Positions 52,808 through 62,700 of a stretch of 64,000 nt of DNA are shown piece by piece (position 1 is the stretch's first letter; every line of letters begins with the position of its first letter). The notes below the pieces were generated by a model that saw nothing but the letters and a program-made list of their open reading frames with translations, had not been told where the DNA came from and searched no databases. Origin of the DNA: Candidatus Obscuribacterales bacterium (lineage in GTDB: Bacteria > Cyanobacteriota > Vampirovibrionia > Obscuribacterales > Obscuribacteraceae); assembly GCA_965228855.1 (NCBI GenBank), contig CBDDIJ010000002.1, positions 2,016,001 to 2,080,000 on the forward strand. The letters are read 5' to 3'. The translations under genes and the position numbers were made by a program.

Positions 52808-54484
52808 TCAATGCCCCGAATTCGGTTGTAGAGTTCCGTTAGCCGCCTTTTCAAGCTTCATGTCGCGGCCAATCGTTAACGGCGCAGAGCCGGGTTTCGT
52901 CAAGCTGAATTGATCTACCACTTTGCCGTCTCCGGTGATCTGCGACATTTTGAGCGTTCTGTCGTTGATGTCAACCAGCGAAAAGGAATGCGCATAAACG
53001 AATTTATGAATGAACGGCGCCATTAAAGCGTTGTCTTTTTCCTGATACAAATTTGCGCCACCACCTCCGGTGACAATGTAGATGATGCCGTTGGGCATTG
53101 TATTTGTTTTGCCGTCAAATTTTTTGTCGAATGTAAATGAACCCGCTACTGCATCCTGATATGGTCCAGGGGCAAGCTTCTTCAAGTCAGGTTTGAATCG
53201 TAACGGTATTGTTCTCTGGTAGCAATGAGCGTGTCCTGCGAAAACAATGTCAACGTTGTGTTTTTCAAAGATGTCCGAGAGAAGACGCATGCGTTGTTCG
53301 TCTGCGTGTGACTCGTCGACGCTGAATCCGGGCTGGTGAAAGGTGGCAAATTTCCAGGTTGCATTCTTCGCTTTGGCAAGGTCGTCGTCGACCCACTGGC
53401 GCGTCTTCTCGTCGGTCCAGTCCATGTAGCCGTTGCCGTCAAGAACAATCCAATGAGAATTTCCATAGTCGAAAGAATAGTTTGCCATCACCGGAAAGCG
53501 CTTGCCGGCTGCCTTAACGAAGCTCAGTTGATTTGCTGCACTACCACCCAATCGGGTTGTGTTCTTCGCGTTAATCAGTTTGGTCGGTCCGTTTAGTGGT
53601 GAAGACCATAACAAATAATATCCGAGCGCATCTGGAAATCTTGAGAGATTGACTCCCTGTCCTGGATTCGTGAGTGCTACATCATGGTTTCCAATGACGG
53701 GCATCGTGAGTACGGAGCGCATAAGCGGTGCGCCGCTCGCTGGAGAATTCGCGTCGGAGTTCATGATTGGAAAAAATCTGTAGAGGTATTCGGAAACCAG
53801 ACCTCTGTCATAGACGATGTCCCCAGGGATTACGAACAGGTCCGGTTTCTTCAAGGCAATTTGATGCGCTACTTTTTTCTGTCCGCTTGATCCGGAACCG
53901 ATATCGCCGACGATGGCAAATCGAAATGGCTGTTTCTCCGATTTTCGAGCGATGGCCTGAGACTGAAAAGCACTTTTCCCATCTCGCGAGAGCCTGTAAG
54001 AGAAAGGTTTTCCTGGAATCAGGTTGGTAACTTTAGCGGTAAATCGAAAAATTGGTTGACCTGCGATGAAGCCCATTTGCAAGGCTTCCTCGATCTTCCC
54101 TTCTTCCCAGCTCGCATTGTTTTTCGGATCGCATTCCACTTTCCATAGTTTCGCTGCATCTGCGTCTTTTTCGATTGACAGCCAGATTACCACCACTGAT
54201 TCCGACTTTTGTAGTTTCGATTCGTTGCCGAGTTGAATATATGGCTTTACGATGAACGCACTACTTTCAGCTTGTGCGCCGGCCTGCTGCGCTGTAAATT
54301 TATTGGTCAACCAGGGGCTGACAAGCAGCGCTGCCGCTAGTATCAACAGTGAAGTTCTAAAGCGCTTCGCGGCGCGTTCCTTTCTTCCGCTAATCTTTAA
54401 AAAGTCGGAATTGATAAATGTCACTTCGAGTCTCCGGGAGCCTGTGAGATGCATTAAGATAGCGCTTTGAACTTGGAGTTTCAT
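52808..54484 (-). CDS. Exported purple-acid-phosphatase-like metallophosphoesterase
   Basis: GDIG, GDIVY, GNHD, FHQP and GHAH motifs; N-terminal FN3-like region; signal peptide. True start probably downstream of 54484. Confidence 0.88.
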   Translation of the reverse strand: MKLQVQSAILMHLTGSRRLEVTFINSDFLKISGRKERAAKRFRTSLLILAAALLVSPWLTNKFTAQQAGAQAESSAFIVKPYIQLGNESKLQKSESVVVIWLSIEKDADAAKLWKVECDPKNNASWEEGKIEEALQMGFIAGQPIFRFTAKVTNLIPGKPFSYRLSRDGKSAFQSQAIARKSEKQPFRFAIVGDIGSGSSGQKKVAHQIALKKPDLFVIPGDIVYDRGLVSEYLYRFFPIMNSDANSPASGAPLMRSVLTMPVIGNHDVALTNPGQGVNLSRFPDALGYYLLWSSPLNGPTKLINAKNTTRLGGSAANQLSFVKAAGKRFPVMANYSFDYGNSHWIVLDGNGYMDWTDEKTRQWVDDDLAKAKNATWKFATFHQPGFSVDESHADEQRMRLLSDIFEKHNVDIVFAGHAHCYQRTIPLRFKPDLKKLAPGPYQDAVAGSFTFDKKFDGKTNTMPNGIIYIVTGGGGANLYQEKDNALMAPFIHKFVYAHSFSLVDINDRTLKMSQITGDGKVVDQFSLTKPGSAPLTIGRDMKLEKAANGTLQPNSGH

Positions 54485-54543
54485 TATTCAATACAATTTG
54501 AATAAGAATAATTTGCCTGTTGAATCAGGATTGATTTACTCGA

Positions 54544-54942
54544 ATGAGCGACGACGAAATATTCATATGTCCAGTGTGCGAGGCTGAGAATCGCCAGAGT
54601 GCTCGCTTTTGCCGGCGCTGTGGTCGCAGCCGCTTAATATTGGAACGCGAAGAACGCGGGGAGACTGCGCCGGCAAAGCCGACCTTGCTTACCTGTGCGC
54701 GCTGTACCGCTCCTGTTCGAGTGACCGACAGCTACTGCTCGTATTGCGGAGACGCCCAGCCGTACCGCATTCTTGCCGACATGAAGGTATGTCGTGACTG
54801 CGGTGTTCAAATGCCGGAGGTCGCCAATTTCTGTTATTCGTGCGGAGTGGATGTCGCTAACCACTCTCCGAAGCAAGTGCCTGTTCCAGTTGCGCTTTTC
54901 GAAGAAGAGGATCCCGATAACTTTCCTCAATTCGAAGCTTAG
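54544..54942 (+). CDS. Triple zinc-ribbon (DZR-like) protein
   Basis: CPVC..CRRC, CARC..CSYC, CRDC..CYSC. Confidence 0.8.
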   Translation: MSDDEIFICPVCEAENRQSARFCRRCGRSRLILEREERGETAPAKPTLLTCARCTAPVRVTDSYCSYCGDAQPYRILADMKVCRDCGVQMPEVANFCYSCGVDVANHSPKQVPVPVALFEEEDPDNFPQFEA

Positions 54943-54989
54943 CACCACCTGTAGTGTCAGTGCCGAGGCGGTTATCGGTTTAAACTTTA

Positions 54990-55062
<73 letters not shown>

Positions 55063-55199
55063 GCGGTTCTTCGATGGTGCAGGTCTTCAGCCCTTGAGGA
55101 CCAAGCGATTAACACCAACGAGGATTTATACTACCACACCCTGACTCAACAGTTTTGAGTCGAAGGGTTCAGGTTCAATCTCGGAAACAAATTATCAAT

Positions 55200-55910
55200 T
55201 CAATAGGTTGGCGAGTAGTTCGTGGGTGCCATCGAATAGGTCGGCGTCGCCTGGGCTTGCACGTAGGTACGGTTGCTGATTGCGGCAATTCTAAGATTTT
55301 CGTTTTCGTTCTTTACAAGAAAATCCGTGACAACCTGGCTGGTATTGGCAGGCTGGCCATTCATTTGAAGAACCAGTGAGCCTTTCATGGAGACCACTAC
55401 TGTTCCATCCGGATTTATCGCCTGGGGTTCGATCGAAACTGGCTGGAAAGCAGCAACCAATCTGCCGGAACTGATTCCCTCGGCCATGGCGTCATTCCAA
55501 AACGCCTGTTTGAAACTTTCTTTTGCGTCCGGCAACATCCAGAGAAACGCTTGTTCATGATTCTTTGTTGCTGTTGTTGCCTGGAAATCCATTGCGCCAC
55601 CCAGCCACCATTTCACGAAATCAGCGGCCTTGGTAGGTTCGAGTGCGACTTGCGGTGCTGGAGCTGCCTGCTGCGGCTGGGATTGCGCTTGAGCATGAGG
55701 TCCTCTGGATTGAGCCTGAGCGGCGTCACCGCCCTGTCCAGGAGGCATCATTGCGCTTTCAGGAAGCTTCTCTTCAGTGTTCTTAGAATGCCCCGATTCG
55801 TCGTTGCTGCCCGCCAGGAAGACGCCCAGTATTCCAACGATAACGAGACCCATTAAGATTTTGTCTCGCAGGACCCGCTGAATAATTGCTCTAATAACTT
55901 CTTGAATCAT
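55200..55910 (-). CDS. Bitopic membrane protein, possibly with a VirB8/IcmL-like (NTF2-fold) domain
   Basis: N-terminal TM, Q/P/A-rich linker, then a helical segment followed by beta strands. Start placed at ATG 55910. Fold assignment is tentative. Confidence 0.55.
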   Translation of the reverse strand: MIQEVIRAIIQRVLRDKILMGLVIVGILGVFLAGSNDESGHSKNTEEKLPESAMMPPGQGGDAAQAQSRGPHAQAQSQPQQAAPAPQVALEPTKAADFVKWWLGGAMDFQATTATKNHEQAFLWMLPDAKESFKQAFWNDAMAEGISSGRLVAAFQPVSIEPQAINPDGTVVVSMKGSLVLQMNGQPANTSQVVTDFLVKNENENLRIAAISNRTYVQAQATPTYSMAPTNYSPTY

Positions 55911-56133
55911 TTTATTTGCCGAGCCTCTGTGCGGCTTGCCTCTCTGCCGCGATGTATACAACTGATTGTGAAATCGATTGTGAGCGAAAAGGCTCAAAAA
56001 AGAAAGCCGAATATGGGAATCCTCCCATGGGTTGAGCAAATTAGTTTGAAAAGTATGAGTTTCCTGAAACGAATCGAAACCTTTTTGAAGCCCAGGTTCG
56101 CTGTACAATTGGGATGGAAAAAAGAAGCAGGCA

Positions 56134-56577
56134 ATGCGAGAGAACGAAAAACGCGAACCGCATGAACACTCTCGGGCGCCAGGATTTGAGTCCTGGGTCG
56201 CTGCTCGTTCGCCTGTGCAGGGAGGCGGAGACCGGCGCTACGAGCGCACCCTGGAGGAGATCGACGACGAAGACGATGCTCCCGAAACTTCTGCAAAAGG
56301 GCACGACAACAACAAAGTTGTAGCCGACCGAGTCAAGAATTACGTCGCTTATACGATTAAACTGCCGTCCGATCAGCTATCGGCCCTGCAATCGATCTGG
56401 TTGGAGTTGAAAAAGCTTTACGGCACGCACTCGCCTGATAAGAGCGGCATGATTCAGGCCGCAATCGACGCCTGGCTCAAACGGTGGGATGGACCCGACC
56501 GTGAGAAGCTCTTGGAGGAGTTGCTCGACATTCGCCAGAGCACCCGTCGCCGGCAGTATCGAAAAGGCAAAAATTAG
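56134..56577 (+). CDS. Hypothetical protein, possible ribbon-helix-helix DNA-binding domain
   Basis: Disordered acidic N-terminus, then YTIKLP (strand), a helix, and DKSGMIQAAIDAWL (second helix). Confidence 0.55.
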   Translation: MRENEKREPHEHSRAPGFESWVAARSPVQGGGDRRYERTLEEIDDEDDAPETSAKGHDNNKVVADRVKNYVAYTIKLPSDQLSALQSIWLELKKLYGTHSPDKSGMIQAAIDAWLKRWDGPDREKLLEELLDIRQSTRRRQYRKGKN

Positions 56578-56596
56578 CTCCGCCTTTGCGTTCGAT

Positions 56597-57277
56597 TTAC
56601 TCGGACTTGGCGGTAGTCGGTTCTTGAGGAGCTTGAGTCAGCTCAGGCTGTTTAGCTGCGCGCGACGATTCAGGCTTCAGGTGGTGCCACAGGTAGTAGC
56701 CGAAGCCGGCGACACAGAAGAGAACGATGGCAATGTCGAATTTGTGCCAGTACTCTTTGAACATCTCCATGTTCTTGCCGAATTCGATGCCCACCCAGGT
56801 CAGGAAATAGCACCAGACCAATGAGCCGATAAAGGTGAAGACCGTAAACATCAAGAAGTGGGCTTTCAACACGCCTGCCGGAAATGAGATGAAGGTGCGA
56901 ACCACGGGCAGCATGCGGCAGATGAAGAATACGACATCTCCGTACTTGTTGACCCACTTGTCAGCAAGCTCCAGATCGCGGGATTTGAGCAGGAAATAGC
57001 GACCGTATTTTTCAAGAAATGGTCTGCCGCCCCACATTCCCAGGAAATATGAGGGGATGGAACCGATTACGCAACCTACCGCACCGGCGAGTGCCGCCAG
57101 GTGGATGTCCATTTTGCCCTGCTGCACCAGAATGCCTGCGGTAGGCATGATTGCTTCGGAAGGCAGCGGTATGTTGGCGGATTCAATCGCCATCATGATC
57201 ATGACCGCCATGTACCCGCCATGCTCGACGCCGCTTTTGATCCACTCCAGAATCGGGTCTATATATTGATGGAGCAC
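56597..57277 (-). CDS. dedA: DedA family membrane protein
   Basis: MAIESANIPLPSE, G..IGS...Y.LG..GGR, FICRMLPVVRTFISFPAG. Confidence 0.93.
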   Translation of the reverse strand: MLHQYIDPILEWIKSGVEHGGYMAVMIMMAIESANIPLPSEAIMPTAGILVQQGKMDIHLAALAGAVGCVIGSIPSYFLGMWGGRPFLEKYGRYFLLKSRDLELADKWVNKYGDVVFFICRMLPVVRTFISFPAGVLKAHFLMFTVFTFIGSLVWCYFLTWVGIEFGKNMEMFKEYWHKFDIAIVLFCVAGFGYYLWHHLKPESSRAAKQPELTQAPQEPTTAKSE

Positions 57278-57474
57278 TTCGGATACCTCGTATTCCGTGT
57301 CGCATGAATGATCTGCGCGTAGATTCTACTCTTTCGCGCGTTGGATGCCGTTAGGAATCTCTCACGCTAGGCGCCTGGCGTCTTTCGATGCCCACCGGTC
57401 TAGCTTGCGCGGACAACTAATTTCTGATCACCTCATTGCAAAACGGTTATATTTAAACGACATACGGTCAAATT

Positions 57475-59547
57475 ATGTCTACTGAAACCACCACAACCCA
57501 CCGCGCAACACTACACTTCACCCTGGCGACAGCCGGTCACGTCGATCATGGCAAAACCAGCGTCCTGAGAGCTCTGACGGGAACAGACCCCGATCGTCTG
57601 AAAGAGGAAAAGGAACGTGAGATGACAATCGACCTCGGTTTTGCGCATATGCGCGCAACCCGGGGAGATATTGAAACTGCAGATAAAGCGCTGGGTGTTC
57701 GTTTTGAAGCGAGCTTTACCGACGGCGAAGATATCGACGAGGCGGAGCTTATCATCGGTTTCGTTGATGTACCTGGCCACGGGAAGTTCTTGAAGAATAT
57801 GCTTGCCGGTGTTGGTGGCATGGATCTGGCACTGCTGGTAGTGGCAGCCGATGAAGGTGTTATGCCTCAAACAATCCAACACGTCAAGATTCTTACGCTG
57901 CTCGGTGTTCGTGAGTGCATTCTGGTCATGAATAAAACCGACCTCGCCGATTCAGACCAGCGCGAGTTAGCTACCGAAGAAGCTCATCAGCTCTTGCAGC
58001 GTCTGGGCATTCATGTTTTAGAAACCGTTCCATTCTCCTGCTCGAACAATGATTCCACTCAGTCGTTGAAAAACGCCATCATTCGTCATGTCCTCTCTTT
58101 ACCTTCTCGTGACAGGCGACTTGACGCGACTGGAAAAATGTTGCCGTCGTTTTTATCCATCGACCGAGTTTTCTCGAAAGCTGGTTACGGTGCGGTTGTT
58201 ACAGGCACATTAACCAGGGGGATAATCAAAGTCGGCGATGAAGTTCAGATCGAACCGGGAAGTATAAGCGCACGTGTGCGCGGCTTGCAAACCTTTTCGC
58301 ATAAGCTGGACAGGGCGTTTCCAGGCCAGCGCCTGGCTATCAATCTGTCACTGAAGGAAAATAAATCGATAGAGCGTGGGCAGGCAGTAGTAGGCGACAA
58401 AACGGCTCCGGTCAACACGCTTATCGTACAACTCACCGATTTGGGTGGTCTGGAGTCATCTAAAGATCTGCCGGGCGTGCAATTGAAACCTCAAAATGTT
58501 CGCTTCTATCATGGCACTGCAGAACGTTACGCTGTGCTTCGCTGGCTGCAGAAGCTTGACGTTGATAATGAAAATGAACTGCGCCAGGCATTGATAGGGC
58601 AGCTGGTTCTTTCAGAGCCGGTCATCGCTGGACCTGGTGAAAAATTTGTCCTTAGATACGGCGATTATGGTATCGCAGGTGGTGAGATCCTCATCACCGC
58701 TCGTCCTAGATGGCTGTCACGTGCCATGTTGAAGTCGCTTGCAGAGAAAATCTGGATTGGAGACCTGGAGTCTTCGGCTCTCGATTTCATAAACATGGCG
58801 CCGCAACGTAGCCTCGCTCAGGACATCATGAACTCACTTCTTCCCGACTTTGATCGCCGCCGGGTTTTAAAGCAACTGACAGAAAAGGGGCTCATTGAAA
58901 AGCTCGGAGAGCAACTCATCACCAGGGATGAAAAGCAAGAGCTGATAGGAAAGGTTTTAGAGTTTCTGAAAAGCGCTGCTGACAATAATCCAAGAGACCC
59001 GGCTGTGTCGCAGGAAAAGCTCAAGGTTGAAATTGCTCCGCTTGTCGATCGTCTGGTGTTTCAAAACATCGTGAAAGAACTGCTTGCCTCCAACCAAGTG
59101 GTTAAGGTGGAAGAAAAGCTTGGATTGCCTAATGGCAAAGATGCCGATGCGAAGGTCGATGACGAACTGTCGCCGGTTTCCGCACGTATACAGGAGTTAT
59201 TAAACGATAACTTCTGTCTTGAAATCTCCGAACTGGCCGCGCAGTCCGGCTTCAAGCAACAAGACGTTATGGATTCGCTTTCTCGGCTTCAGAAAGAAGG
59301 GAAGGCTGCTGTTGTCGCGCACGAATTCGCTTCCAACAGTGCCTCGATTCTGGAAGCGCACAGGGCACTGGCGCTTATCTGGGGCAAGCAGCGTAATATC
59401 AGTCCCGGAGACTTCCGTGAGCAGTTAGGTGTTTCACGGAAGTATGCGATGGCGCTTCTCGCTTATTTTGATGACAGTAAGGTGACACGGCGACTACCAA
59501 CTGGACGCGTCTTGATGAAGGCGCCGCCGGTCTCCCCGCCGCAATAG
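57475..59547 (+). CDS. selB: Selenocysteine-specific translation elongation factor
   Basis: [64 protein letters not shown]-terminal winged helices ending [20 protein letters not shown]. Confidence 0.95.
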   Translation: MSTETTTTHRATLHFTLATAGHVDHGKTSVLRALTGTDPDRLKEEKEREMTIDLGFAHMRATRGDIETADKALGVRFEASFTDGEDIDEAELIIGFVDVPGHGKFLKNMLAGVGGMDLALLVVAADEGVMPQTIQHVKILTLLGVRECILVMNKTDLADSDQRELATEEAHQLLQRLGIHVLETVPFSCSNNDSTQSLKNAIIRHVLSLPSRDRRLDATGKMLPSFLSIDRVFSKAGYGAVVTGTLTRGIIKVGDEVQIEPGSISARVRGLQTFSHKLDRAFPGQRLAINLSLKENKSIERGQAVVGDKTAPVNTLIVQLTDLGGLESSKDLPGVQLKPQNVRFYHGTAERYAVLRWLQKLDVDNENELRQALIGQLVLSEPVIAGPGEKFVLRYGDYGIAGGEILITARPRWLSRAMLKSLAEKIWIGDLESSALDFINMAPQRSLAQDIMNSLLPDFDRRRVLKQLTEKGLIEKLGEQLITRDEKQELIGKVLEFLKSAADNNPRDPAVSQEKLKVEIAPLVDRLVFQNIVKELLASNQVVKVEEKLGLPNGKDADAKVDDELSPVSARIQELLNDNFCLEISELAAQSGFKQQDVMDSLSRLQKEGKAAVVAHEFASNSASILEAHRALALIWGKQRNISPGDFREQLGVSRKYAMALLAYFDDSKVTRRLPTGRVLMKAPPVSPPQ

Positions 59548-59686
59548 ACAGGACAATTAAGCGATTATGAAGGAACACGACATTGTCAAGCGGTTGCAAT
59601 ATACTAGGTTCATCAAGGTTATTTCGTGAGTTGGCAAATAAGACTGATACTACTGGCGGTGCCGGTGGTGTTCACCTGGTTTAAGG

Positions 59687-59725
59687 CGAAAACGAGAAGG
59701 CTCCCGCAAGGGAGCCTTCCGTTTT
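59687..59725. terminator. Bidirectional intrinsic terminator between selB and the large kinase gene
   Basis: GAAGGCTCCC-GCAA-GGGAGCCTTC stem with a GNRA loop, extended by AAAACG/CGTTTT. Confidence 0.85.
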
Positions 59726-59726
59726 A

Positions 59727-59751
59727 AACCTTTTGAACCTTTTGAACCTTG
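59727..59751. repeat. Short tandem repeat (AACCTTTTG, about 2.7 copies)
   Basis: aaccttttg aaccttttg aaccttg directly after the terminator. Confidence 0.6.
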
Positions 59752-59781
59752 TGCATGAAACGTCGGCGCTTGTTCGCGGGC

Positions 59782-62700
59782 TTATTCCTGGTCAGTCTTT
59801 TCTGCATTGATTTTCTTGGGCGGTAAAAACCGTTCCCACTCGGCGGCGAGATCCAACTGATTAAACACGTGCAAATTCTCCACTCTTTCTCGAATTATGC
59901 CTGTCAGACCGCTGGAAACAAGCCATGTTGCAATTGCCTCGACTTCCGTTTGGTCTTGAGTATCGCAAAGTCTTCTAAGGAACGGCAGAAAATCCTGATC
60001 GATGGCCAGCAGTTGCGTCAATACCAGATGCAGTGCGGTTGTTTTATTGTAGTTGGCAAATCGCAGTGCCATAGGTTTCAAAATATCAGCTCGTCCGATG
60101 AGTGTGAGGTGGCGAACCATCAGGTCGGCAAGCACAGTGTTCAGGTCAGCGCAGCGCTCGATAACGATGTACAGGGCGGTTTCGTCAGGCGCTTCTCGAA
60201 CGACCAGTGTCAAAACACCTTTAGCTTCATAGATGTGATTTTGCGCAAGGGAAAGGGCGATATCTAAAGCACGTTCCAATTGACCGCCTAGAATTAGATT
60301 CGTCGTCACGCTGTACAGCGCTTCTCTCTTCTCCTCTGCCGCCAGGCGCTCTGCAATAGCCAGCAATGTTTTCGTTTTCCCGAGCAAGGCTTGTTCGATC
60401 GTATACGTGTTCAGAAGCATCAGATTCTGTTGACGAGCTAGATCCACGGCCCAGGCGGTCGAAAGCCCGTCGTATTTTTCATGGATGCTTTCAGAAAAAA
60501 TGTTATGGGGACCCTGCGCGATCAATCTTTCGAAATTTTCTCTGCCGATGAAACTGCGAATCTTATGCAGCGCTTCCATGCTGGAATTCAGCTCACGATA
60601 GGCGACTTGAAGGTCTGGATCGATAATTCTCTGTTCTTCAAACAGCGCGGGTACGAAAAGTAGAGCATCGAGCTTGGTGCAGCACTGCTCAAAAGCTAAT
60701 TGAGTAACTTTGAATCCTTCTTCTGATGAGGCGCCGGTTTGGAGCACGTTGTAAAACTTTCTCAAACCGTTTAAATTCATCGTCGTGGCAATGCAGCAGG
60801 TAAGTTCGGCGAGCGTTCCGAATTCGTTTTGACGAATCAATTTGTCAAATATTGATTCCTGATAAGGAGCCGCCAGTATCTCGTTGAAGTCAAAAGAAAG
60901 CCGGGAAAGCTTGCCATTCTCGTGAAGATGGACGAGCAATCGGGATGCTTTCTGTGTTTGCTTTTGCTGAATCAAATGTGCGACGATGCTGGCCGCGTAT
61001 ACGGTGCCGTCGTTGCGACATGCTATTGCTGCATCAGTCAGCTCAATCAACTGGTTATGATCGGATGATCGCGCCAGCTCTCGAGTTATGTTTGCAAAAA
61101 CCACGAGCTTGCCATGCTCGACAAGAAGTTTCGCCAGATCGAAGAGCTCGCTGATGTTTCCTTCAGCGACTAGTTGTTTTAAAATTCCATCCAATACCGT
61201 CATGTGACCGTTCGAGACGATCATTGAACATATCCGCTCAAGCCAATCCAGTTGGCCTTCTCTGGTCAAATCAAGAATGAAACCGACATATCTATCGAAG
61301 CTACTGGTAGCAACGAGATTGAAGAACCAGTTGCTAACCACTTCTCGATATTCGTCTGAAATTAGAACGCTGAAGATGTTCTTTGCGCTATCTGAATCTT
61401 CGAGTTGGATGAAGTGATTTCGAAAATTCTCAAGAACTGAAATCTGCGCGTAATAGTGGTTCCAGGAAAAGTTGTTAAAACGTTCCTTGTCGATCGGCGA
61501 CATGGCCGATTTCAAGTTTTCTATCGCAGTTTTTACTGCAATGTCACATGCCTCATTGATTATTTGCGCATGAACCTCTGAATCTTTTTCTTCCGATGCC
61601 TGCGCTCCTGTAATCATTACATGGTGGAAAAGCGCATGGTCACAGTGTTCAGCGAGTTTGTGAAATATTACCGCCAGCTTGGGCAATGGATCAGCGGCAA
61701 CAAGCAATCGAATTACAATCGATAGAATGTTCTGGCGCGAAAAATCCGCAAGACGGAGAATAAAGTCATCTCTTACTCGTTGCGGACAAGATGCCGCGAA
61801 GTAACTCTCACTTAAACAGGTCAAGATCGTTGCATCGTCGAGTGATTCGAGTGCCTCGACAACAAGCCTGGATTCGCCGCCGTCACACAGGGGGGCAATT
61901 CGACTAGCCACGCGAAGAGCGTCCAGAGATTCTGAATGGCTATCCATTTGTTTGAAGAAGTGGCTGACGTTTACCAGCAGCTTAAGTATGCTCGACGCGT
62001 TCAAATACTTTCCTGCAACCAGTGCTAGTCTGGCGAAGTCTTCAACATTTGTGTGTCCGAGGTTTGCAAGCGTAAGCATCGCTTCATTTTGAGACCCTTC
62101 TATGGAATTTTGCAAAACGGCGCCACAAAAACTGGCAGTCTTTCCCTGCTCGTAAAAGCCTTTGGCGTAACAAGCTTCTGCGAACGCAAAATACAATTTC
62201 TTGGTTCGCTCCGTCAGAACCGTCATTGACTCTAACTTCGGCATGATCCCAATCAGCTCCATGTAAGAGTCGAGCAGGTCTTCCGAACAATCGTTCGAGT
62301 CCGACAGCAGCAGCTGCATAAATATGAGCGAGGCGCTCTTCACAAGGTCGTACACGAGCGTCGCATCTCGATTAGACCTGGCGATCTTCAGAGCGGCTGC
62401 TTGCAAAAATCTGTATGTGTTCCATCGGTAGATGTAGACGTTTCGCCGCTCCTCACCGACCATCTGTGCCAAATCGATGAAGTGAACCTGGTAGTCCAGG
62501 ATAACCTTGATTGCCGCCGTTTCGTTACTGTCATCAAATTTACAGATGGCCAGGAGAAACGCCGCATCGCGAATCTCATCACTTGCAACCTCATTTTGTC
62601 GACGATCAATGTCGAATCTTCGTTTGCCTTCGTTGAGGAACAGCAAAAAATAATTCGTGGCAACGGAGTATTGACCGGTCATGCCAAAGCAGTATCCGAG

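Noticed and set aside
59548..59781. tRNA-Sec (selC) downstream of selB
   Set aside because: No cloverleaf with a TCA anticodon and T-loop could be built on either strand.
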